A stretch of 62,537 nt of DNA, the filler included. It is 5 parts of 5 records of this genome, joined end to end, with 100 filler letters (N's around TTAATTAATTAA, not from the genome) between each part and the next. Parts side by side here need not be neighbours in the genome. Positions count along the whole stretch, not along the records: positions 1 to 20,830 come from SRR20825006_1982; 4 more parts are not named here. One strand, given 5' to 3'. The number at the start of each line of letters is the position of its first letter. Position 1 is the first letter of the stretch. Positions 1 through 10,386 of the stretch are shown here, one piece after another. Under the pieces are notes generated by a model. That model made no database searches, had not been told where the DNA came from, and saw only the letters and a list, made by a program, of their open reading frames with translations. Made by a program: the position numbers and the translations under genes.

Positions 1-816
1 GTATTGCAGGCCGATCACGTCGATGTCGCCGGATTTGAACTGTGTATACATCACATTGAGATCTGGCACATATTTGATGATCAGCGTTTTGAGATAGGGA
101 CCATCCATGTGGTAATCGGTATTGGCCTCAAGCTCGATGTGATCGCCCGCCATGCGGTTTTTGAACTTGAACGGGCCGGTGCCGATGGGCGCGGTGTTGA
201 GCGGGCTGTCGTTCTTGTCAGCAACGCCATCAAACACATGTTTTGGGATGATATAGGTCGAAGCCAGGATTGCGGCCATCGGCGCGAAGGGTTCGCTCAT
301 CTCCCATGTCAACTCGGTGTCGGACACCACGGTGATGTTTTTCATCAATTTATAGCCGGTGGAGCGGAAAGAACGGAATTCCGGGTCCATGGTCAGTTCG
401 AGCGAGAATTTCACATCCTCGGCGGTGAACGGCGTGCCGTCATGCCATGTCACGCCCTCTTTGAGCGTCAAGGCCCAGTTGAGACCATCGGCGGAGATGC
501 CACCATTGGCCACGGTGGGCACGTCGGCGGCCAGAATGGCAAAGAATTCACCGCTTGGGTCGAAATCGAACAGCGGGTCATAGACGGCGTAATAGACGCC
601 TTCGTCCACCTCAATATGCGGCATCAACGGGTTGAAAACAGTGGGTTCTTGCGAAAAAGCCAGGACCAGTTGGCCGCTTGGATCGGCATTGGCGGCAAAG
701 GCGCGGTCGCGGCCAATCGCCATCGGTCCCATCAGGCCTGTTGCTCCGGCAGCTCCCATCAACATGAGCGCTTGGCGGCGCGTGAGATGAGACGTGGTCT
801 TCTCTGTGTCTGTCAT
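1..816 (-). CDS. Peptide/nickel-type ABC transporter substrate-binding protein (family 5) with Tat signal; 3' truncated by window edge
   Basis: Manual minus-strand translation from ATG 816: MTDTEKTTSHLTRRQALMLMGAAG...LAFSQEPTVFNPL...LKEGVTWHDGTPFTAEDVKFS, a typical SBP_bac_5 motif; absent from ORF track because there is no stop. Confidence 0.9.
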   Translation of the reverse strand, partial: MTDTEKTTSHLTRRQALMLMGAAGATGLMGPMAIGRDRAFAANADPSGQLVLAFSQEPTVFNPLMPHIEVDEGVYYAVYDPLFDFDPSGEFFAILAADVPTVANGGISADGLNWALTLKEGVTWHDGTPFTAEDVKFSLELTMDPEFRSFRSTGYKLMKNITVVSDTELTWEMSEPFAPMAAILASTYIIPKHVFDGVADKNDSPLNTAPIGTGPFKFKNRMAGDHIELEANTDYHMDGPYLKTLIIKYVPDLNVMYTQFKSGDIDVIGLQY

Positions 817-922
817 GGTGAATTTCCCTGTGTGTGTCGCAAGGTTTGATAAAGGCGACGCGCCCTTGCGTCTGTCACATCGCCCATTTGGCCCTGGCCC
901 CGGCAGAAGAGGCCAGGACAGA

Positions 923-2254
923 TCAGAAACCGCTGATGATCTCGATTTTGGTGCCATCGGTGAAACGGTTGAAACGGTAGGGGGTCGGATCGACCACCGG
1001 GGTGCGGCCCGTGACCAGATCGGCGGCCAGTTTGCCCGCCGCAGGTCCAATGCCAAAGCCATGGCCCGAAAACCCGGTGGCGAGGTAGAATCCCGCGATG
1101 GTATCGACGCCGGAAATCACCGGGATCGCATCGGGGGTCACATCAATCGCGCCGGCCCAGCGTTGCGCGATTTCGGCCTTTTCAAACACCGGAAATGCCC
1201 GGCGCAGATTGTCCAACGCCTTGTCTTGCAGGGAGAATGCCGGTTTTGGGTCCAAAACGCGGCAATATTCAAACGGGCTGGCCTCATCCATCCGCCAGCG
1301 GTTGGGGATGCGGGCCTCGTCGTAAAACCGGCCACCAAAGCGCAGCATCAAGGATTTCCATTCTGCTCCAAGTGCGGGCAGGAAGTCGCGCATATAGCGA
1401 AAACTGTCGGGCACGATATCGACGATATTGCGGAACCCGTCAGCGATGGTGTAGCCGCCATCCTGACGTTTGCGGATGGAAAAATGCTCTGACCAAATCG
1501 CACAGTCCGGTCCGCCCTCAAGTGGTTTGGTGCGGATCACCGAGTTTTTCACCTTGAGCTGTGGCAGGCGCAACCCGGTGTTGCGGGCAAACAGGCTCGA
1601 CCATGCGCCGCCCGCCAAAACCACCTGTTCACACGCGATCTCACCGCGTTCCGTCACCACGCCAGACACCGCCCCGCCGGAGGTTTCAATCCCGCGCACC
1701 GCGCATTCGGTCAGGATATGCGCGCCCCGGTCCCGCGCCGCCTCGGCAATGGCTGGGGCAGCTTTTTGCGGCTCGGCCCGACCGTCAACAGAGGTGTAAA
1801 GCGCGCCTTTGACGTCCATCCGCCCGCCCGGCGTCATCCGGGCAAATTCCGCCGCTGACAGCATCCTGCTGTCGATTTGGTAATCCTTGAGCGCATCGAG
1901 CCAGCGCTCGTGGTCGTTGTATTCCTTATCCGTGGCACAGGCGAAAGCGATGCCCGATTGGGTATAGCCCAGATCACGGCCTGTCCGTTCTCCCAATCCC
2001 GACCAGATCCGCAGCGCCTCCGCCATCAGCGGCACTTCGCGTGGATCGCGCCGGGTGATGCGCACCCAGCCCCAATTGCGGCTGGATTGTTCATGGCCGA
2101 TCCCGCCCTTTTCGCACAGCGCCACCGATAGGCCGCGCTCAACCAATTCAAGGGCTGTGGAACAACCGATGATCCCACCGCCGATGACGACGACATCGAC
2201 TTTCTTGGGCAACGCCGCATCGCCAAAAACGGGCACAACATAGGGACCGGGCAT
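923..2254 (-). CDS. FAD-dependent oxidoreductase, D-amino acid oxidase/DadA family
   Basis: VVVIGGGIIG dinucleotide fold, SSRNWGW, GFSGHGFGIGP; ATG overlaps the SDR stop. Confidence 0.9.
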   Translation of the reverse strand: MPGPYVVPVFGDAALPKKVDVVVIGGGIIGCSTALELVERGLSVALCEKGGIGHEQSSRNWGWVRITRRDPREVPLMAEALRIWSGLGERTGRDLGYTQSGIAFACATDKEYNDHERWLDALKDYQIDSRMLSAAEFARMTPGGRMDVKGALYTSVDGRAEPQKAAPAIAEAARDRGAHILTECAVRGIETSGGAVSGVVTERGEIACEQVVLAGGAWSSLFARNTGLRLPQLKVKNSVIRTKPLEGGPDCAIWSEHFSIRKRQDGGYTIADGFRNIVDIVPDSFRYMRDFLPALGAEWKSLMLRFGGRFYDEARIPNRWRMDEASPFEYCRVLDPKPAFSLQDKALDNLRRAFPVFEKAEIAQRWAGAIDVTPDAIPVISGVDTIAGFYLATGFSGHGFGIGPAAGKLAADLVTGRTPVVDPTPYRFNRFTDGTKIEIISGF

Positions 2255-2964
2255 TAAAATGACTCCTCCAGTTGGCAATTCACACAAAATTCCGCGACGC
2301 TGGCCTCATTGGGCAGGTCGATCAGCATGTCGATCACCCGCGCCAGATCTTCGGGTTGGGTCATCGTATCGGGGGCGCGATCCGAAAGGCTGATGGCCAT
2401 GTCGGTGGCGACAAATCCGGGACAGATCGCGGTGGCGCGGATGCCCTGATCAAAGCCCGCGTGGCGAAAGGCATGGGCCAGTCCGACGACGGCGAATTTC
2501 GACACGGAATAGGCGCCCGAGCGCGCCGATTTGACCCGCTGACCCGACAGCGAGGCCAAAAGGATCACGCGTCCACGGCCGGACTGGGCCAGGGCGTCCC
2601 AACATCCGGCGACAAGACGGCGCGGGGCTTGCACGTTGATCTCCAACATTTCGGCCATCTCCGCATCCGTGATCTCGACCGCGCTTTTGGGGATGGAAAT
2701 GCCGGCATTGGCCACCACCGCGTCGATCCGGCCAAATTGTGTCATCACAGCGCTGGACCATTCTGTGCCGCTGTCGGGGGAGGCGGCCTCATAGGCAAAA
2801 AGATGCACACGCTCGGGGTTTGAGGTGGCCCAATCGGGCAGATTTGGCTGGCGCATCCCCAAGGAGACGGCCCAACCGGCGTCAAACAGCCGCTTGGCCA
2901 CGGCCGCCCCGATGCCGCGACTGGCGCCGGAAATCAGCGCAACTTTCGTCGATGTCAGTCCCAT
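2254..2964 (-). CDS. Short-chain dehydrogenase/reductase
   Basis: SGASRGIG, NAG, YSVSK catalytic motif. Confidence 0.92.
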   Translation of the reverse strand: MGLTSTKVALISGASRGIGAAVAKRLFDAGWAVSLGMRQPNLPDWATSNPERVHLFAYEAASPDSGTEWSSAVMTQFGRIDAVVANAGISIPKSAVEITDAEMAEMLEINVQAPRRLVAGCWDALAQSGRGRVILLASLSGQRVKSARSGAYSVSKFAVVGLAHAFRHAGFDQGIRATAICPGFVATDMAISLSDRAPDTMTQPEDLARVIDMLIDLPNEASVAEFCVNCQLEESF

Positions 2965-3458
2965 TTTTTCCTCATGTTCAGATAGGCGCGTTTGAGCATC
3001 CGCATGAAGTCCGCACGGTCTTCTGGCGCGATAAAGTCAAAAAATTCAGCCTCTTGGGCGCGGATGATCTCGCGCACCTGTTGCGACACGTCATGACCTT
3101 TTTCGGTGATCGAGAGCGCTTGGGCGCGTTGATCGTCGGGGTCGATGTCGCGTTGCACCAAGCCTGCGTTGACCAAAGTGTCGATGATCCGCCCGGTGGC
3201 CGGACGATCGCGCATCAGGACTTCGGAAATTTGCGAGGGGCGGATGCCGGGATAATCGTCGATCAAAAACAGCGCGGTGATTTTGCCTTTGCCGCGGGCG
3301 ATTTCGAGATTTTTCATCCGTCTGTCGAGGTCGCGCGACACGAAGGAGTCAAGCGTTCGGATGTACCAACTGAACGCCCCTTCGAGCACGTCGATCTGAA
3401 GACCTCCGATCATGATCGGCGGGTCCTGGTCGTTTGAGTGGGGGTGTGTGTCAGTCAT
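2955..3458 (-). CDS. MarR family transcriptional regulator
   Basis: wHTH with LVNAGLVQRDIDPDDQRAQALSITEKG; start taken at MTDTHPH. Confidence 0.88.
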   Translation of the reverse strand: MTDTHPHSNDQDPPIMIGGLQIDVLEGAFSWYIRTLDSFVSRDLDRRMKNLEIARGKGKITALFLIDDYPGIRPSQISEVLMRDRPATGRIIDTLVNAGLVQRDIDPDDQRAQALSITEKGHDVSQQVREIIRAQEAEFFDFIAPEDRADFMRMLKRAYLNMRKKWD

Positions 3459-3681
3459 ATGAGGCGCTTTTCCAAGGGTATGAGGGTAGCTTTTTGCCGG
3501 ATTGGGCCTTGGGCAAGAATAAAGTTGTGAAAAACAACCAAAATAATTGTGAAACACAATTAATGCCCAATTTCTCATCAATTTTCACGGAAGATATGCG
3601 GTGACTGGCGTCAGATGGCGCATCATAAAAAGGGGCGACTTGCGCCGCCCCGTGTTGACCTTTGGTGATTTAACATGAACG

Positions 3682-5319
3682 TCAGGCGGCGTTTCTGCCG
3701 GGGATCGCCTCCACCAGCGCCCGCGTGTAGGCATGTTGCGGGTTTTGGAAAATCTGTGACGGTGGGCCAAATTCCACCATGTCGCCCCGGTGCATCACCA
3801 GAATTTCATCGCAAATCTGACTGGCGACCCGTAGATCATGGGTGATGAACACCATGGCCAGTTTGCGCTCTTTGCGAATGCTGTCGAGCAGTTCAAGCAC
3901 CTGCGCCTGGATCGAGACATCGAGGGCAGAGACGGCTTCGTCGGCCACGATCACCTCGGGATCAAACATCAAAGCGCGCGCAATGCCGACGCGTTGCCGT
4001 TGGCCGCCGGAGAATTCATGCGGGTAGCGATCATAGGCGGAGGCGTCGAGGCCGACCATGCGCAGGATGTCTTCGGCGCGGGTGCGGGCGTCGCGATGAG
4101 TCATCAAACGATGGGCAATCGGGCCAACAGTCAGGGCCTGCCCGATGGTGAAACGCGGGTTGAGCGAGGCATAGGGGTCTTGGAAAATCATCTGAATGCG
4201 CGGGCGCAGCGGGCGAAAATTTTCCTCGTTCAGTTTTAGCGTGTCTTCGCCCTGAAAATGAATTTCGCCGCCGTCGGCCTCGGTCAATTTCATCAAAACC
4301 TTGCCCATGGAGGATTTTCCAGAGCCAGATTCACCCACAATTCCAAGGGTTTCTCCGCGGCGTAGGGTAAAGCTGATGTTGTTCACCGCTTTGATCTCGC
4401 GCATCCGCCCCAGAAAGCCACTGCGGGTGCGATAGGTTTTTTGCAACCCACGGACCTGCATCACCACCGGCTTTTCGGTGTCGCGCACACGGTCTTTTTG
4501 GCGCATTTTCGGCACGGCGGCGATCAGTTTTTGGGTGTAGGGGTGTTCAGGTGCGCGCAGGACCTGTTTGGCGTCACCTTGTTCGACCACATGGCCCTGT
4601 TCCATCACGATCACCCGATCCGCAATCTCGGCAACAACGCCGAAATCATGGGTGATGAACATCACGCTCATGCCTTTGCGTTCTTGAACTTTTCTTATCA
4701 GATCAAGGATTTGCGCCTGTGTCGTTACGTCGAGCGCGGTGGTGGGTTCGTCGGCAATCAAAATGTCGGGATCAAGGGCCAGAGCCATGGCGATCATCAC
4801 CCGCTGACGTTGGCCGCCGGACAGGCGGAACGGATATTGATATTGAATCAGCAACGGGTCGGGCAGGCCGACCTCGGTCAACATTTCGACCACACGGGCC
4901 GCGCGCGAGGCCGGTTCGCCGACCGAATGCGTGTCCAAAACCTCGCGGATCTGATCGCCGATGGTCATCAACGGGTTAAGTGCCGAAAGCGGGTCCTGAA
5001 AGATGATCGACACCGCGCGCCCGCGCAGTTTGCGCATCTCGGGTTCACTGAGCGTGGTGATGTCGCGGTCCTGAAACAGGATCGAGCCGCGCGCGATCTT
5101 CATCGCGGCGGGCAAAAGGCCCATCACGGCACTGGCGGTCACGGATTTACCGGAGCCGGATTCGCCAATGATGCACAGGATTTCGCCAGGCCTCAGATCG
5201 AAGGAGATATTTTGCACCGCAAAGGGGTGGTCGTGGCTGCCGGGCAGCGCAATCGAGAGATCGCGCACCGACAGCACTGGCGTTGAGCCAGAGCTTATAT
5301 GGGTCATCAGGTTTCTCAT
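3682..5319 (-). CDS. Dipeptide/oligopeptide ABC transporter ATP-binding protein (two fused NBDs)
   Basis: Two GESGSGKS Walker A motifs, [16 protein letters not shown] signatures, HPYT motif. Confidence 0.95.
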   Translation of the reverse strand: MRNLMTHISSGSTPVLSVRDLSIALPGSHDHPFAVQNISFDLRPGEILCIIGESGSGKSVTASAVMGLLPAAMKIARGSILFQDRDITTLSEPEMRKLRGRAVSIIFQDPLSALNPLMTIGDQIREVLDTHSVGEPASRAARVVEMLTEVGLPDPLLIQYQYPFRLSGGQRQRVMIAMALALDPDILIADEPTTALDVTTQAQILDLIRKVQERKGMSVMFITHDFGVVAEIADRVIVMEQGHVVEQGDAKQVLRAPEHPYTQKLIAAVPKMRQKDRVRDTEKPVVMQVRGLQKTYRTRSGFLGRMREIKAVNNISFTLRRGETLGIVGESGSGKSSMGKVLMKLTEADGGEIHFQGEDTLKLNEENFRPLRPRIQMIFQDPYASLNPRFTIGQALTVGPIAHRLMTHRDARTRAEDILRMVGLDASAYDRYPHEFSGGQRQRVGIARALMFDPEVIVADEAVSALDVSIQAQVLELLDSIRKERKLAMVFITHDLRVASQICDEILVMHRGDMVEFGPPSQIFQNPQHAYTRALVEAIPGRNAA

Positions 5320-5793
5320 CGTTTGTTATTTTTATACCCATCCATTTCGCACCAGATGGCAGCCTCTGCGCAAGGGGCACGGTGATCTTGACGGTGATCT
5401 TGACGGAAAAAGCGAATAAACGCCGTCTGTTTGGGCGACAGCTGAGCGATCTGCCGCATAACCAGTGCTGTTTTGATCCATTCGAGTTGAGGAGATCGGG
5501 CCCATGCATGGTCGTCATGATCGCGTGGGATCAGCGGGCGACGCGCTGGTGCAATGGCGTCTCGCGGGCATAGGGGCATAGCCAAGGGGCACATAGCCAA
5601 GGGGCAATAGCATCGTGCCGCCTATGGCCCCCTATGGCTCCCCAATGACCCCAAAGTGAGGATGACACAGGGCGGACACAGGGCTGTAAACCTATGACTT
5701 CCTATAGGTTGTTTGGATTTTGCATCGGTGGAACCTTTGTCCAAGATCTTGCGGGATCGTCTTCAGAACATAGACACAGACAGGACAAATCAC

Positions 5794-6363
5794 ATGAAAC
5801 TCTTCACACTGGCGGCCCTTTCGGCGGCCTCTCTTTCCTTGGCCGCATGTGGCGGCTCCTCCGTCGATGGCGATATGTCGGACACCGACTTGCCGACAAA
5901 ATATGACAGCCTCGAAGGCCTTGTTGCCAGTGCAGAAGCGGGCGATCTCGATCCGGCATCCGGGGCGATGATGACGGGCACCGCGACAATGTCGGGGGCA
6001 TTGGGCGTTGGCGATCTTGGGGATGATGGAAATCTTGAAGCCCTTGGCGATCTGGCCCTGACCGCCGATTTCACCGGCGGGACAGTCACAGGAACGGCAG
6101 ATAATTTCGCACTCTACGATCAAGATACGCAGGCCGTAGAGGCAGAGCTGAGCGGGTCACTGACGATCAACGGCTCGATCACGGGCACTGGCATGACGGC
6201 AGATGCCGATGGGACGTTGAATGATGGCGAAGATCACCTGGTCGATCTCGTCATGGACGGCACTTTCTATGACTACGAGGGCGACCTTGCGGTCTATGGC
6301 GACGTGACCGGGACGATTGATGGCGACTACGAAGAAGGTGGCTATGGTGCCATTGCCGACTGA
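5794..6363 (+). CDS. Acidic surface lipoprotein, transferrin-binding-protein-like beta-barrel (probable Slam cargo)
   Basis: Lipobox LAAC-GGSS; LTADFTGGTVTG and MDGTFY beta-strands resemble the TbpB-like barrel; lies directly upstream of Slam. Confidence 0.7.
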   Translation: MKLFTLAALSAASLSLAACGGSSVDGDMSDTDLPTKYDSLEGLVASAEAGDLDPASGAMMTGTATMSGALGVGDLGDDGNLEALGDLALTADFTGGTVTGTADNFALYDQDTQAVEAELSGSLTINGSITGTGMTADADGTLNDGEDHLVDLVMDGTFYDYEGDLAVYGDVTGTIDGDYEEGGYGAIAD

Positions 6364-6389
6364 TTTCCCGTAACGAGTGATCGTTTCAA

Positions 6390-6418
6390 ACGTGCTGCGG
6401 GGGGACCTCGCAGCACGT
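6390..6418 (+). terminator. Stem-loop between lipoprotein and Slam genes
   Basis: ACGTGCTGCG...CGCAGCACGT 10-bp stem with no U-tract; terminator or mRNA stabiliser. Confidence 0.5.
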
Positions 6419-6455
6419 CCTGAATTTCCAAGTCCTGAATTTCAATGACATCGGT

Positions 6456-7721
6456 GTGAGCATGGGGCGGTCTTTATTCTTTTCGCGGCTGATCCGGCTG
6501 TGTGTGTTGGGTTTGATCTTGTTGGGATCGGGCGCAGCTGCACAGACAGACGAGGCGCGCACGGGGTCTGACGCGGCCTATGCCAAGCTTATGCACCTGG
6601 GACAGATGGCCTTGGCCAGGGATGCGCCGAAAAAAGCCGCGCGCGCGTTTGCCAAGGCGCGCAGATTTGCCCCCACGGACCTGAGCGCGCAGTTGTCGCT
6701 CGCCGAAGCCTATGCTCGGCAAGGGCAAGTGGGCCGATCCGAGGCGTTTCTCAAGCATTTGCTGCGAGACCCGGCGCAGGGCGACCATGTTGACGCCTAT
6801 CTCAAAGCCCTGTCCAAGCTGCAACACCGCTACCCTTTCGTCGCCTCGGCCAGTGTCGCGCTGTTGCCGAGCACCAACATTGCAAATTCCTCGTCGGAGA
6901 CGGTGTTTGATACGCTGTTGGGCCGGTTTGAGATCGACGGGGGTGGCGAGGAAACCACTGGCGTCGGGGTCGAGTTTGGCGCGCGCGGCACTTATCGGAC
7001 GCCCCTAAGCGAGGGCCTGTCTTTGGAGATCGGCGCCGGGCTGAACCGGATTTGGTATGAGGCCCCTGAGTTGCGCTATTGGCGGGGGCGGGTGACGGCG
7101 GATGTCGTGGGGGTCGATCCGTCGGCGGAGTGGCGCGGCGGGATTCATGCGGATCGGATCTATTATGACGCCCTCACAGGCCAGAGCTCGGATCGGATCG
7201 CTTTGGGGGCACACGGGACCTGGTCGCAAACTGTGAATGACACCACGCGTCTCACCCTGTCGGCCTTGGCGGAATATCGCGACTATTTGGACAAGGACAG
7301 CCTGTCTGGCCCCTATGCCTCCCTTGGCGCGGTATGGTCGAAAGCGCTTGGCCCAGGTGCGCCGCAGGGGGCAACCCTGTCCTGGGGCGGATCGGTGGAG
7401 CGTTCAAAACCCAGCCTTGACTATCACCGCTATTGGGGCGCGTCGGCTCGCGTCGGCTATGCGCAAAACCTCACCGATACGCTGCGCGGCGGGGTGACGA
7501 TGAGTGCCACGCTGAAACTCTATGATGCCGATTTCGCGGCGGTGGATTACGCCCGCCGCGATGAGATTTACCGCTTTGGCGTCTCTCTTTCGGACAGTCG
7601 GATCAAACTGCTGGGCAGCACGCCGAAACTGTCCTGCGGTTATAAGGTGCAGTCCTCAAATATTGCACTTTACACCAGCTCCACGACGGATTGCCGCCTT
7701 GGATGGTCCTATCGGTTTTAA
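6456..7721 (+). CDS. Surface lipoprotein assembly modifier (Slam/DUF560; TPR + outer-membrane beta-barrel)
   Basis: Signal peptide, TPR-like helices, LLPSTNI barrel start, SSNIALY near the end, C-terminal Phe (WSYRF). Confidence 0.8.
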   Translation: MSMGRSLFFSRLIRLCVLGLILLGSGAAAQTDEARTGSDAAYAKLMHLGQMALARDAPKKAARAFAKARRFAPTDLSAQLSLAEAYARQGQVGRSEAFLKHLLRDPAQGDHVDAYLKALSKLQHRYPFVASASVALLPSTNIANSSSETVFDTLLGRFEIDGGGEETTGVGVEFGARGTYRTPLSEGLSLEIGAGLNRIWYEAPELRYWRGRVTADVVGVDPSAEWRGGIHADRIYYDALTGQSSDRIALGAHGTWSQTVNDTTRLTLSALAEYRDYLDKDSLSGPYASLGAVWSKALGPGAPQGATLSWGGSVERSKPSLDYHRYWGASARVGYAQNLTDTLRGGVTMSATLKLYDADFAAVDYARRDEIYRFGVSLSDSRIKLLGSTPKLSCGYKVQSSNIALYTSSTTDCRLGWSYRF

Positions 7722-7746
7722 CCCACCTGTGGTGGCCGCGCGGCGC

Positions 7747-9336
7747 TCAGACGCGGCCCGGCGACGAGGGCGGGGCAGGGCGCGCCAGTGTGGCGATATG
7801 GTCCACGAATTCTTTAAAATGCTGGGTGAAAATGAGATGCCCCGCATTCTCAACCGCATGAAATGCGGCGTCAGGCAGCGTTTGTGCAACAGACCGGATG
7901 TCGTCAATCGGGCTGATCGGGTCCTCAAGGCCATGCACAAATGTCACGTCACATTGCAGTTCGCGCAAATCCTTTGGCCAATTGCGTTGCAGGTTGGTCA
8001 ATTCATCGACAGAGGCCAAGGTCGCGTGATTGGCAATCAGACGCAGCCAGTCGCACAGATGCGGGTGGCGAAACAAATCCTCAAGACAGGCCAGATCTGC
8101 GGGAGATTTGCGGTACATATGCGCCAGTGCCTTTTGCGCAAACATCGGCACCCGGCTGATCGCGTTATAGACCCGCGTCAGCCCCGCAATCACCCGCGCA
8201 TCGCGGCGCAGACGGTTGGAGATTTCGACGAAAAGCGTGGGCGCGTGGTCTGGCTCAGGCATCGGATGGGCGACGGCGGGTTGCGGCGTGGCGGCCAAAA
8301 TGACATGCGACACCAGATCGGGATTGTGCCGGGCAAAATGCGCCAGCCACGGCACCCCGGCGCTTTCGCCAAGACAGATCAGCGGTTCATCGGTCAGGTA
8401 GTCCATCGTATCGGCCAGCGCTCGGGTCAGTTTTCTGAGGCGGGTTTCGGCATCCAAAAGTCCGTCAAAGCCCATGAAATGCCGTGGTACAATCATCAGG
8501 CGCAAACCAAGCTTGTTCAGGCAGGAACTCATCTCCGGGTGAAAAGCGATGGGTGCCAACATCGAGTGGAAATACAACACCGGACGGCCCCGGCGCGCGC
8601 CAAATTCCCACACCGGCACCTCAAGCCCTTCGCCGATTGTGACCATATTGACGATCACGTCTTTGCCGAATTGGCGTTTGACCAAAGCGGTCTCAAAATT
8701 GCGCTGCTGGGTGGGGAGAATCTCGTCCAGAATACGCGCGGTGAGATCGACCGACAGGGCGCGGAGCAGGGCGGTTTGGGTTTTGACCCCGAGCTTGTCC
8801 TGAATGACCTGCACCTGTTTGCGTTTGGTGTCATAAGACGCGCCCAAAAGCGTTGCCGCGTTTTTCAAATCCAGCCCGGTCATCAAATGCGCCAGCAACA
8901 GATATTCGGATTTGGTCAGCCGTAGATCGGGCGCGTCATCCGCCAGCGCCGCGATCCGCTCCGCGTCAATGCGCACCGCGACAAAGGCCAGATGATCCGG
9001 GGCGTCGCTCCACCGATCAATGCGATCATAAAGGAAATAGAGGTGGTCATCGGCCACCACAAACGCACATCCCGTTGACGCCTCTTGTGGCATCCGCATC
9101 CGGGCGGGAAAGGCGTCTTTGGGAGCGGCGCCAAACGTGTCGATTTGGCACATTCCTTGTTGGTCGTAGAGATTGGCCGGGAAGCTGCACCGGGCAAAAT
9201 TGCGGAAAAAGAACCGTTCGCTGCCGGGCTTGTCCTGCGTCTGAAGCAAGATCGCATCCTCAGAGGGCAAGGCCACCTTGCGCTCTGTGTGCAGCGCCGC
9301 CTCCAAGGTTTCAATGAATTGCGATACGTGGCTCAT
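7747..9336 (-). CDS. LuxR-type HTH fused to alpha/beta hydrolase
   Basis: LTKSE...GLDLKNAATLLGASYDT...KLGVKTQ HTH, followed by GESAG, HGLED and AGH. Confidence 0.8.
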   Translation of the reverse strand: MSHVSQFIETLEAALHTERKVALPSEDAILLQTQDKPGSERFFFRNFARCSFPANLYDQQGMCQIDTFGAAPKDAFPARMRMPQEASTGCAFVVADDHLYFLYDRIDRWSDAPDHLAFVAVRIDAERIAALADDAPDLRLTKSEYLLLAHLMTGLDLKNAATLLGASYDTKRKQVQVIQDKLGVKTQTALLRALSVDLTARILDEILPTQQRNFETALVKRQFGKDVIVNMVTIGEGLEVPVWEFGARRGRPVLYFHSMLAPIAFHPEMSSCLNKLGLRLMIVPRHFMGFDGLLDAETRLRKLTRALADTMDYLTDEPLICLGESAGVPWLAHFARHNPDLVSHVILAATPQPAVAHPMPEPDHAPTLFVEISNRLRRDARVIAGLTRVYNAISRVPMFAQKALAHMYRKSPADLACLEDLFRHPHLCDWLRLIANHATLASVDELTNLQRNWPKDLRELQCDVTFVHGLEDPISPIDDIRSVAQTLPDAAFHAVENAGHLIFTQHFKEFVDHIATLARPAPPSSPGRV

Positions 9337-9616
9337 CGTCTACGATATCTCTCCAAGGTTCAGTGTTGGTGCCGTCCTGTGTCTTCGAGAGTGAGGGTGT
9401 TGTGCACAAACACACAGCCTCTAAAACCAGCCAACCATATGAGGTTGCGTAGCATTTCTGACCTCAAATTTCAAACCTACCGGGCCTCACAAACGGTAAA
9501 AGTCGTTTTTTTTTGCACATGGCGCGTCTTTTTTGATCATGCCCCCCCAAAGGGGGGCGATTGCGCCAATCCCTGCCGCGTACCTTTGGCTAAAGATCTG
9601 ACACCTCCGTCAGACC

Positions 9617-10210
9617 ATGCACCTACAGGGACCGGCGGCGCAGATGTCACAGGACAGGCACAGCTCTTACATCACGCGGATGATCCCCGGTGCAGAGACA
9701 ACGGCGCTTGCCTGTCTGGATGTCACTCCCAGCGCGCGGATCGTGAGCCGCGATCACGCTGCTGCGCGATTTCTCAAGGCAAACCCGCGCTTTGTGAGGG
9801 GGCAGAGGCAGGAATATTTCACTGCCCAACCCGCCAAGCGATTTTCAAACGCCTTGAGAGCGGCCTGTAAAGAGATGCCGCCGAGGGCGTCGATTTTGCG
9901 GGTAGAGGGACAGGCACCGGTGCAAATCAACATTCTGCCGTTCCAACCCGAGCTCATCCGCATCGTTTTGTTTTTGCCACAGGCGGTGGGCGAGGCCACG
10001 CCTGTGGCCTTGCCAAAACTCACATCGCGGGAAACGTCGGTGTTGCGACTGGCCGCCTCTGGCCAGCGGCGGGATCGGATTGCGTACGAGCTGAATATTT
10101 CTTTGCCGACCGTTGATATGCACTGTCGCAACCTGCGGCAAAAACTGTCGGCCTTGACCACATCAGAAGCGGTGGCAATTGCCGCAAAGATGAATTTGCT
10201 CGATGTGTGA
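9617..10210 (+). CDS. LuxR family transcriptional regulator (start uncertain)
   Basis: C-terminal LTSRETSVLRLAASGQRRDRIAYELNISLPTVDMH. Confidence 0.8.
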   Translation: MHLQGPAAQMSQDRHSSYITRMIPGAETTALACLDVTPSARIVSRDHAAARFLKANPRFVRGQRQEYFTAQPAKRFSNALRAACKEMPPRASILRVEGQAPVQINILPFQPELIRIVLFLPQAVGEATPVALPKLTSRETSVLRLAASGQRRDRIAYELNISLPTVDMHCRNLRQKLSALTTSEAVAIAAKMNLLDV

Positions 10211-10386
10211 CGTGGCGGGGTGTTGTGGTGGGGGTGTTGAAGTCAATTGGACGGCGTTGACATAAAGACAGAATAAAGCGTTTGGCGTCAAATCTCCACG
10301 TCTAACACGAAATGTTTTAACGTAGGCCTGCACCAGAACGGCCCGCGCCAGCCTCACGCGCCCTGACCGTGCTGCGGGCCAGAGTA

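Noticed and set aside
4-849. 281-aa plus-strand ORF
   Set aside because: Antisense shadow of the ABC substrate-binding gene
7522-8925. Long alternative-frame ORFs (also 13659-14510, 56704-57918, 58136-59647, 60923-61987)
   Set aside because: Opposite-strand shadows of well-supported genes in GC-rich DNA, with no motifs
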